Position numbers and translations under genes: made by a program. Positions 49,501 to 61,500 of a DNA stretch of 64,000 nucleotides are shown here, piece by piece (the first letter of the stretch is position 1; each line of letters starts with the position of its first letter). Source of the stretch: Owenia fusiformis (Eukaryota). Location: positions 14,756,001 to 14,820,000 of the forward strand of contig CAIIXF020000001.1 of NCBI GenBank assembly GCA_903813345.2, in the 5' to 3' direction. The notes under the pieces were generated by a model. That model saw only the letters and a list, made by a program, of their open reading frames with translations, did no database searches and was not told the DNA's origin.

Positions 49501-52500
49501 CACTGAGTAAATATTATGATTCCTAAACATTGAAATTCTGAATCACATCATGCACATAGACATAGCGAATAAAATATAAAATGAGGAAAGCTAGTGTTGC
49601 ATATATCTATGGTTACTGAAGGTTGGCATAAGGTCAAATATAACTGATGTTTAAAGAGAAATGAACATTGCTCTTTTACAGGCCATTTAGAATTGCCATG
49701 GTGCTACCCTGATGCTTCAACTTTTATGGTAGTTATATCAGGCCTAAATTTAAAATTGGCCGTTATATGTTTTATCTAACTAATGTCTACTTCTACCTAA
49801 AATAGAATCCCTAAAATTAGACAGCTCTCAGTGCAGATACTATATTTTGAAAAGATATGTTGAAATGTTATCAATATATATATTATAAGCTAACTCTTAA
49901 CCAGTGGCAATTAATGTGAATTGGATCATACATGTACATGTATGTATATCAGGTAAATGTGTTGTACTTGGTAACTTGTAAGTTCATAGGCAAACATGTA
50001 ATATTATATACATGTACGTGACAATATACTAGTCCATACATCACGACATGTACCATATTGAGACATGTCTACTGTAAACTTGATATTGTAAAACTTCAAG
50101 TAGAGTAAAGTAAAACTTCAAAATGTAGTTAGGCCTTACATAAAAGTGTTTTATGAGTGTGGATGTTTCCTGTATGAATTCCTGAATGAGGTTGAGTGAT
50201 TTGTTTATTTGAGATCCAAATAATGAAACAAAAATGGATTTTAAAAATTAGGAGGCAGATTGACACAATTACATTATTAAGAAGATTATCAAATAAATTA
50301 AAATATTACATGTACAGTAAAACCTGATATCATAACAATATTTGAGCAATTTTGTATGAAACATGTGAAATTTTATGAAAAGTGTTCAGATTAGACAGGT
50401 TATTTTTCAAAGATGATTGTTCAATGTTCAAATTGAAAGGTGTTCACATTTCAAGTTTTTTTAACATGGGAGTCAATGGGAGGAAAAATAGGAGCAAAAA
50501 AGTGTTCAGAATAGGAGGTGTTCAGATATAATATACAGGTTCTATATATTCAAATTCAGACCCTTCAATTATTCTAATGGGAAAGCACACCGATGTACCA
50601 AAATCTGTACCTCAATTAAGAGCTCTTCAGCATGGGAGGTAATTTTGTAGTCATTCTGAACTATCACTAAAAGACTATTGATTTTCTCTTAGAAGGACTA
50701 TATAACATAAGGCAGGCTAGCACGTAATTAATGGCAGAAGTATATTCATTGTATGGCTCTCCTATCTATTGCTGAATTAGTAGCTCATTAACTCAAATTT
50801 CAATCCCTTAACCATTGACATAATTCATTAAATATTGTTTGTTTAGCGAAAAATTGAACTTCAGATGAAGTATATCATGTATATCTATAGGCCATGCACG
50901 TTCATAGATTCAATTTTGCAGTTCCTAAAAGTATCAAATCAAGTTTTTGACACTTTTTACACAGTCAGAGAGAATGTTTCTGGCAAAATTCTGGGATTTC
51001 AAATACTTGAAGTTGGGAAACCGGAAGGGCTTACCTTTTTTAATTCCCGAATCTCACCGAATCTCTCCAAAATTAGCTCATCTTGGTGACTGTAAATTGC
51101 ACAGCTGTATTCAATGGAGTCTTGTCATATTCAATCAGCCTCAATTTTAAAGTGTATATTTTATTTTTAACGTGATTTCATCGTTTTTTGTCGACTGGTA
51201 AGAATATGCGGGGCAAATGGCAAGATGGTTGACTTTTGACCTGACCTACACCGATGGCGGTGACGTCATTAATTTTATCTATACAAATTCTATTTGGTCA
51301 CGTGACCTTGTCCCAGAATTAAGTCCGACTTTTTTGTCAGTCGACCTACATTTAGTAATAATTATCGCTTTTCAGAACAATTCAGGAAACAATATTTTCT
51401 ATCTACGTCGATTACAAAGCATCTAAGGTACGTAAATTTATATGAACAACTGAGTCAATAGGGATAAATAGCCCAACGAGAGTCGGCGGTCTTGAAAAAT
51501 ACTTGGATCTGGATGCCAGTCCTGGTATAGATATAGTTCCAGGGCAGTTCGAAGAACGTATTAGATGTCCGTGACTTTTTACGCTTATATTTTATAATTC
51601 CCTTCTCGTTACAGTTTAATGTTAAATAATGCTTTTTTGGCAGCTTTTGTTTTTTGCATTATAATTTTTGAATAACCTTAGTGCAACTTTTCTAATTAGT
51701 CAAATTGCCAGATTCTCTTAATCTCTGTTATTTGCTCTAAGATCATTAAATATCATTGCTGGAGTTTTCTTATGTTAGAATGCATCACATGTGTTGTTAT
51801 CTGCCAAATTTTGAATATTATCTCACTGGCTCTTAAGGAAAAACACCCGAACCAAATGTGTCACCAATCCTTAGTGGGTTCATAATTTTCAAATATGTGT
51901 GTCTACTAATACTTTGTCTAGCAACAAGCCCTTGTCACCCCCTCCCCCATCTAGACACCTCTTCACAAGTGCGAGTTGTATTGGTGAAATAGTCCATAGT
52001 CCATAGTCCCAGAAGTAATACTGCCTCATACTAATAATGATGATGTACCAATATGTGTGAAAACTATGATATCATGGTTTTTAATGATATCCATAAAAAT
52101 AATATTACTTGATTATTTCCTGTTATTCCACTAATATTGACATAAGTAGTAAGGGATATGCTCTATGGAATGTATTATTCATTCTTCAGAGGTACTGAAA
52201 GGGAACATATGCTTGAGTTCCCTTTACATTGATTCACTTAGAATGCCATTAAATCACTGTCTATTTAAGAAAAATAATACAGCATCCTTCTAAATTAACC
52301 TACAAGTCACAGTGATCTCCCCGGCATTTAAGCAAGTGGGCGCAGCACCCACCTGAGATTTTGACAATAGGCTTGCACCGACCTGAAAATCCCAATGCAC
52401 CCACTTGAAAATGAGAAAATTTTGACCAATTTTGGTCTCAATTGTGAAAATGAGAATTTTGCACCCACCTGAGAAAAAGAAATCCTGGGGAGATCACCGA

Positions 52501-55500
52501 GTCTGTACCATGCTTAGGATTTTGATATGCATTAAACAATAGCCTCAATATACTTCATGTCATTGTGAGTTTCCTTTTTAGAAACCAATTTTTCTATCAG
52601 AATATTGTCCTTATATTGAAATTTACAACTTGATGTAGAGAATTCTAAATCATAAATAGATATGGATAAGTTTGTATCACAGTGAATTATAAGATTTATC
52701 ATGTATCTTTTTAGCTCTTACTCAGAATTGAAACTGTACCAATAGTATAAATCAGCTTGTTCTTAGTTGGAGATGTTTCAAATTACACAATGTGTACAGT
52801 TCTTCTTAAATACATGTAGGTTCCAATAGATATAGTGTTGGAATTCTTAAACAGTAACTCTCTAATATTATCAGCTTTTCCTAAAGCACATCTATTGCGT
52901 TTCTTGAAATTGGGATGAGCATAAGTAGCATATCAAGAGTTGGAAGAAGGAAAATCGTTAATATTGGGTGTGTAGCCCTGCAAGATCATTTAAGTGTTTC
53001 CCTTGTAATAAAGTCTGGTTCATACTACTGAGATTGTTACTCCAAATGATCATAAGATAAAATTTACTTATATTGCTCTCTTTAAGGTGTAAAGCTGGCT
53101 AGTCTGAGTTAATCATCTTGATTAAACTACAAGATATTGAATAAAGATAATTCACCAGTAAATACATCAGGAGTGCATACACATATTCAGTAGATGTTGA
53201 AATCAATAGTAAGTCATGATTGACGATTCAAGATGCTGTGGCTCGCTGCCTGCTTTGTATTTGCCTTGAAATAGAACTAATCTGATATCAGCAGCTTTAA
53301 CTAATAATAGATGTATAGGAATTACTTAACTTAATGTATGTTAACCTTTCAGATATATTGACTTGTAATATGAAAAATATAAATATACCTTTAATGGTGT
53401 TTGGAGAGAAAAGAATAAATAAGGTTAGGTTGACTTTTGTGAAGTAATACATGTATTAGAGTAAACGGCAGGTTCAATCATTGCTTCATTTTGACAAAAA
53501 AGCTCCATAAGGAAGGACTTTTGAGATACACAGTTACAAAATGTTGATACATGTAGTTACATTTTCCTTCATTGCATCTCCTCACTACACTTGCACTGTT
53601 CCACAACTAGTTACTTTATATTACTAATGTATGTTACTTTGACGACTTACGTCAATGTAACAAAACCGATGGTCTAAATGCATGAATTACAGCTTTATTT
53701 AAAAATGACATTCCAAACCGAGAGCATTTCTAAAAGCTAGACTATATTGTCTAACTTTGTGCCAAATAATAATCTGCAAGATGACTTATACGTAAGATTA
53801 AATCGAGAAAAAAAAACTTGTATCCAGGAAGTTCATCCATTTTGTGTTCCGTCAAAGTAACTAGTTGTAGAACAGTGCCTTTGGAGAGTTTGACTTAAAA
53901 TCCAAAAAAGGCTTTGCGCAGTTGTTTGGTACTGCTCTCTCCAATATGTCTAATGTGTTTCTCCATACTCAAATAAATATTTAAAATCTATATCTAAAAA
54001 TCACCAAATTCAAGGTAATAAAGAGCTGCCAAATTAAATAGTGTAATAGTGTATTTTGCATATTCATATTTTATTGGTTCCAAAATATCTTAGTCTATAA
54101 GGGTGCAATATCCTGATTTTATAAGTTTTGCCCAAAACACCCTTGATAATTCGTTCTTTTGACAGGATGCTAATTTCAACAGTAACTTTCAACAGGATGA
54201 CATCTAATTTTCTAAATTTTGAAAGGGTGCTGATGCTGAGCCTAATGATAGCTCCAACGCTGGACTGATCACTGCATACTTTGGTTGGGCGGTGGTTCTG
54301 GAGGGTACCTACTGAAGTTACAGTAGTCTTTTCATTGCATCTGCTTGTACAGTTCACTTGTTCACTAGAATCACTTGTTTATTTTCAAATGTTTGATTGT
54401 AGGAGTAGATAACTTGGACAGTGGCTGTGGAATATATGCATCCGACCCCGAAGCTTATGAGACATTCGCTGCAGTCTTCGATCCCTTGATCAAGGATTAT
54501 CATCGCAAGGAGGAAGTTGCTCACCCCCAGTCCAACTTTGGTGATCCTGAAAATCTTGGAATTGGAGATGCTGATCCAGACAACCAGTTTGTTGTGTCAA
54601 CCAGAATCCGTGTTGGTCGCTCTGTCAAAGGAATTCCTTTCCCACCATGCATTACAAATGAGGTAATATGATAAAATCTTAGAGGGAATAAAGAGGGAAA
54701 GGGCATTGTAAATTTGTCGATTTGATACTGCTTTTATATCTCTTTAACAAGATATTTTCATCATCGTCAATCGTCATCATGAAGTCCCGGATCTTCATGC
54801 TTTGTGTTCTTAATGTTTTCAGCAAAGGCAGGAGGTTGAGACTAGAGTTTGTGAAGCTCTGAATACAATGCCTGGTGAGCTGGCTGGCAAATACTACTCA
54901 CTCACCAAGATGACTCCAGAAGAGAACCAGACTCTAATCGATGACCATTTCCTTTTCAAGAATGATGACAGGTTAGTTGAACTCATGTGTATTTTGTAAT
55001 CATTGAACCAAAGCAAAATCTAGCATCTATTATTTTCAGTACAAGGTATGCTCAGCTGCCAGGAAAATAAAAAGCTTTCTAGATAAAACCAATGTTGATC
55101 AGTTTAATGACTTCTTGGTATAAATCAAATTTCAAGCCTGAAATCAAAGTTTTCTTATTTATCGATTCCCCATATAATTACAGTGTAGATTGACCAATGT
55201 ACCTCATGTGTGTAGGCCTATTGTATTATAAGATAATTAAGCTTAGGAGATGGGAACATATGGTCTTGATGACATATTTTGCAAGAAAATTGACTCCTAA
55301 TAGGTAGGGGTATTAATTAAGAGTGCATAATCATTCACTGTATGGTAGTGTAATATGAGAAATAACAAGTACCAGTGTGTAGAGATGGATGAAAAACAAG
55401 TGAGAGTACAAGCAAGTAGATTTGAAATCCAGCACTATGTTACTAGCAGAGAAGAAATTGTCCAAGCTCATTATAATGTCCCAATATTGCAATATATCTA

Positions 55501-58500
55501 AGTCAATGTTTTAATTCTTTCCCAAATTGTCCTAACACTTTACAATACAAGTGAGGCAAATGTAAAAATTACATTATTGGCCTCCTATAATATATGTTAT
55601 GCAGGCCAAAGGATGAGTCTGGGAATGAGTCTGGATATCGACTTAGAAAATATTGAAAATTGTAATGTCTGCAAAAACAACTCAATCACACATAGTATTA
55701 AACTTCAATATCTTATCCTTCTTCTGAGAGCACAAAAATATCAATTTGTATCATAATTAATGAAGAATATTGGCATCAAAGAGAATGCATATGACTATGC
55801 CACTATTGAAAAAAAATTCAAGTGCAAATACTAAATGAATAATTTATACAATAAGTTTGATGCATATCCTCCAAAACAGTGCTTACTTTCTTTGTAAAGA
55901 CATTGATTGGTATTTCTTGATAAGTGAATTGGTGTTTATCTGAGTAATCAGGGGATTATAGTCACTCAAAGTTACTGAGCATCCAGTTTTGACACTTCAA
56001 TTGTGTTGGTGAAATTATACATATTTCAGTCAAATTCATGCTGAGCACAACATTTTGGTTTAAATTTTATAATCTCTATTCATGACCCTGGTGATGAAGA
56101 GTCAGAATCAGTCAAAAAACCCAAACCAGAAAACTGTGCTCATTGTGAAAATTAAAAGTGAAGCTACTTTTTTCTGATATTTCTTATACAAAATTGCAGC
56201 CATCTTGCTTTTCCCACTTCAAATTAAACTGGCGGGAAATTCAAAAATTTGAAAAAATTAAATCATAAAATTTATTTAAAAAATATGATTTAAAAAAAAT
56301 TCTTCATGGGTCTTTTAAGAATTTTCTATTTTAAATGTCATACATGTTGCAATTGGTGTTTTTTCTATGATAATGATTACCGGATTTTCTCGCATATAAG
56401 CCCTGGGCGTATAACTGAAAGAAGGGGTAATTTCGTCTGTTATTTTACCTCTTATTTTTCGCCCATGGGCGTATAAGTGCACTACTTTCGATTTTTGGCC
56501 CAGTGGGCGTAAAGGTTAGAAGAGCTGATGAATACAATGGACTACCGTACCTACTGTTGTAGTCCTACCACATGTTTTGTAAGAATTATAAAGGAAATGT
56601 CACCTACAACCTTGGACTTAATGTTGAAACAAGCATATATGCGAGAAAATTCGGTATTTGTTTTCTGTTAGAACACTCATTTTGACTCTCAGCAGGGGGT
56701 TAATTATGCATCAAAACTCTTGAAAAAGTAAATATACTTAACAAATATAATTAGGACAGTTATAAAATTCATATTTCACATACATTTAACTGAGGGGCCA
56801 AAAGGGCATAAATCCAGACTCATCCTTTGGTAATATATATGCTTATTTAAATGTATACCATATTAATGTGGCCGTGTTTCTGTATTCCAGGTTCCTCGAG
56901 TCTGCTGGAGGATACAAAGCCTGGCCAGAGAGTCGTGGAATTTTCCACAATGACAGCAAGACATTCCTGGTCTGGTTGAACGAGGAGGATCACATCAGAA
57001 TCATTTCAATGCAGAAGGGAGGAAATATTGATGAAGTCTTTGCCAGACTGATTAAGGTAAGTTGACCTGCAGTAATAAAGGCCTCTGGCCTACTAACAAT
57101 TATTCATTCTAAACAGAGAATATGGAGAGATTTGCTTGTGGATTTCCTTAATGAAGATATTGTTTTCAATGAAAACTGATGCAGTTGTTTAATGTTGGAT
57201 GAATTACAATTTATTTTACAATTCTAGCACAAAATACAATTTTATTACAGGCTGTAAACCACATCCAAGATAATGGAGGTATTGAGTTTGCACGCACAGA
57301 TCGCCATGGTTACCTTACATTCTGCCCCACAAACATTGGCACCACCCTACGTGCCAGTGTGCATGTTAAGATCCCTCTGGCCAGTAAGCATGCAGACTTC
57401 AAGGAATTCTGTGAGAAGAGGTTCTTGCAACCAAGAGGTATGTAAAAACTGATTCCTTAGGAAACACCTGCCAGTCTGGCTGACATGAAAACAACAAGCA
57501 AAATAATATAAGAAATTGAAATTTTGACATTACATGAAAATTATGAAAACGGTTGCCAACTAGAGAAACTTGTTTTTTTGCCTGTCACTTATGAAACCCT
57601 TGGGCTTAACCACATGTAGCACGGTCATCATTAGACTAAGGTAAATAATGTCCAGCTGATCCTCCTTTATGTTTTAATGAAGTATAAATAAATTTGGTCT
57701 TGAATAAACTGAGATTCTCACATATTTCATTTATTCCGATAGAAATATGATATATTCTCGGGGGTATTTCAAATTGAGATTTGAAATGTAACTGGATATA
57801 TGTTACCTCTTAAACACTCACCCCAGTTTCTGCAAGTTTAAGTTATGATTTACAAGTGAGACCATAACAAGCAAATTCAAGATAGGTATGTTGGATTTCT
57901 CTGCAGTTTGAGATGAAAAATGAGACAAATTTGACAAAAACATTGTGAAAATCATTGGATCAGTCATAGAAATAGCATCATCTAGCAAATAAAACAACAG
58001 AAAAGCAATTGAAATACAGATTTGGGTAAAAATTACAGGTAAGGCTGCCTGTTCATTATGGTAACATAATTATTTTATTCCTTTGACAGGTATCCATGGA
58101 GAACATACAGAGAGTGTTGGAGGTGTGTATGACATATCTAACAAGGGACGTATGGGCATGACGGAGTTTGACGCTGTTAAAATCATGGCTGATGGTGTCA
58201 GAGATCTCATTGCATGGGAGAAAGAACTCATGGTATGTATATCCAATGTAATACCTTTTAAAAAGAAAATGCGTGTATCACTACAGATAATGCCTATCAC
58301 ATGATGCATATAACCTATCGCTTGCTTGTCAAAATTTACAGAAATTTTAGGGTAAATTATTTTGTCAAGCGGGATAAAAATGATATCACTACCATTCCCA
58401 ATATGTGTTTGTCATGAAGCATGCTTGTACAACTGATGGCAATTATTTATCACCACAAATGCTAACCAACAGGCCTCTAGTGAAGGAACTGCTGAACCCG

Positions 58501-61500
58501 AGGAAGCTGCACCTGCAGCAGAAGCTGCTGTAGTAGCAACTGAAGCTACAGAAGAGAAAGTAGATGAACCAGCAGCAGAAGAGCCTGCAAAACCAGCAGA
58601 TGAGGAGGCTGGTGGGGAACAGGTGACCATCATGCCCCACCCCAAACTAACTAATTATTTATATCCTTATTTATGTGTTGTCTTTTACTTGAACTGTACT
58701 GTGTTTGACTGTCTTAAAATCACTCACCATATTAAGATTTAACCAATACTTTTATCTACAAATAAATCCCTGATATTACTGTGGCTCCATATCCAGTGAT
58801 GCCACAAGAGAGCAACTTAAGACATATTGTTGGAATCCTATAGGTGATTGGTTTTAACATTTTATTGTATGCTGTCGTATAGAAATGTTTTATTGAATCA
58901 GATGATATCGTATATGCAGTTTCAGCAAATAACAGGCAAAATTCTGCAATATGATATCATTTGAATCATTTCACTTTTCTCTCATTCGAAGTAATACTTA
59001 ATTTAATTGGCTGAAATATACCTAGTAATTTTTAAGAAATACACAACAAAATAAGTATATTATTAAAAAATGAGAGAAGGTAACCTTACTTATTAAATAT
59101 TTTAAAAATACTTGACTGTTTCTATTTATACACAATCAACTAATTCTACCAATGCATTAATTTTTCTCATAATATCTTCAATATTTTAGATGGATATATT
59201 TATAAGTTCTTCATGAGTTAAATCTGATATTTAACAGTGAACAACCTTTATATATTTCATCAATAGTATTTTCCTGTTTCATAAATAGATCCCCTGACTC
59301 TATCAAGGAGAACAAAAGAAAAAATGATGTTTTTTAGAAGAACCTGCAACATTTTTTCATTCTCTTTATCCGCATGATTTCTAATCTCATCCAAGCCTCT
59401 ATTTTATGTTTCCTTCATAAGAGGTCTCAGTTACCTTGAAATTGTACCAATGGCTTTGATAGCCTAATAGGATTATCCCTCTAATCCATAAAATGTTTAA
59501 GTCTTTGTATACAAACCTATATATGCCTAACTACTACTTAAACATCTGTAGTCTTCATCCTCCGATCACAGGGCTTCAAAATCCAGAATATATTCTTTCT
59601 TTTTACCCCCTGCGATAAGCAGTTAGCATTTCCCCGATTAAGAACTCACAATCTGATTCTGCGACAGATATCATGTATAAGTCATTGCGCATAATTAGAT
59701 CACATGATTCAGTTTAATCGGGCGCTTCTAAATTGGTTATAGCAGGGGGAAGAAGGATTCTGTACACCTGGTAAGGAGGATGGTAGTCTTCTAATCATCT
59801 TGTTATATGCCATGAAATATTAGACTTGTAGTTCTGTACAACAGTAAAACCTGTAAATTTAACACCTGTCTAAAGTGAACGCTTATTTTTGGTTCTACCT
59901 CCTTGATCTATGTGTCATTGGTAGTTTTAACAATCTCAGCAAGCAAAGTATTGCTGAGATGACAGACATGTTCTCTTCAGTGGTGCGAGTACTGATGCTA
60001 GTTGATTTAGAAAAATTAGTTTTGTTTGTCTGTCTGGTAGATATTTTGTCTAGAGGAAATCTCATTCCCAGCCAATAGCGTTCACTTTAGACAGGTTTTA
60101 CTTTAAGTTAAAGGCACATGTAAATTGTTTACACTTTAGAGGCACTGAATTTGTACTAGAACTGAATAAGTATATTACATGTATTATTAGATTAGATCTT
60201 ATTATATATGATGTATAATTGTTGTATTTTCACTAAGATACACAATATTAACGATTTTCTCTATAAATGCTACGTCCAAATAGCTGTATTGTGGTATAGC
60301 TAATGTATTAGATGCAAATTAACAAACATTGATGATAATGACTGTTATTTTAACACTGATGCTTAGTGCATATCTGACTTTCTCTATTTTGTATATAGGC
60401 CTAATCACGGTGACTCAATGAAGTCAATTCACAGCCAATTCAGAATAATTATTAGTTCTTATTAGTTAAAAATACCCTCTTACTTTATTTACCTAAACAT
60501 GCTTTTAAGTAAGGGCTCAGTTTCTAACCCCGATTATGATAACTTTTTACTGTTGACTTTGCAGCAAACCTTATTTTCTGTAAATACCAGCAGTGGGGTG
60601 CTATTATAAAAGGTGCATTTCGTATACATTGAAAAGACGCGTAATTCACATTTTTCGAGCAAACCTTTCTTTGCTTAAGTTGTATGCACATATTGTATCA
60701 AAGTCTAATGATGGTACAAGTTGTTGTTTGGTGTATCTTAAAGTTTGGGACTGAGCCCATTCCATTTAGGTTTGAACAATATAAATTTCTAACTTCATGA
60801 TTCTAATTGTACCCCCTTATAACACGCCTAACCATCGACAAGGTACAGTCACGTGACAGTGACAAAATATGCCGTAGTACACTTTTGATGTACTATGTCA
60901 TTTCCGCCATTTTATATCGCCATTTTCTAGAATGAGGAAGCGAGGTAAGAACTAGCATTGATTTGATCAATATTGTGTCAGTTCATTATCAGGCAGTTGT
61001 TGCATTCGATTTGTAATTAAGTTGCAAATATGCATATCTATTTCAAATGATCCTCAGCAACTTCAATATCTTGTTATAGATCTACCCAGTACGTCAGGGA
61101 TCTCTAAATCTTGACTGAATTTCGCAAAATTCTCTCTAATTTTTGTTTTGCTATGCAAATAACAGCCAAACTACGACTAACACAACTTAAGATAAGTATA
61201 CAAATATACATCCAGAGTTAATGAAAAACCGCTTTTTACTTTGGATGCTACTACGAAAAACAGATAATGTATGTTGTCAACTCGAATGTATGTTGTCACA
61301 TTGGCCTTACATATCTCAATTCACAGTTAATTTTACATGAATGAAATGCTATAATGTACGTGTAATAGAAGGAACATATTTGATAATAAAGTAATGATTT
61401 ATAATAATAGGGCTGGCATATCGAAAAATTTACTCTAATATTTTGTCCGTTAATCAATAAAATTGTCATTGATATGATTAAATTTCAATGTTACTAATAA

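Noticed and set aside
46500-54300. Additional hidden gene in the 10.6-kb first AK intron
   Set aside because: Only short ORFs without recognisable domains, plus repeat fragments. Small alternative exons cannot be excluded by eye.
58412-58645. Ser/Ala-rich ORFs on the minus strand
   Set aside because: Antisense shadow of the + strand Glu/Ala/Pro linker exon.
60823-60870. True RSS-like heptamer/spacer/nonamer (ProtoRAG) terminus
   Set aside because: Only CAC matches the heptamer, the ACAAAATAT element is about 32 bp away, and both ends are symmetric. Not enough to call it RAG-type.
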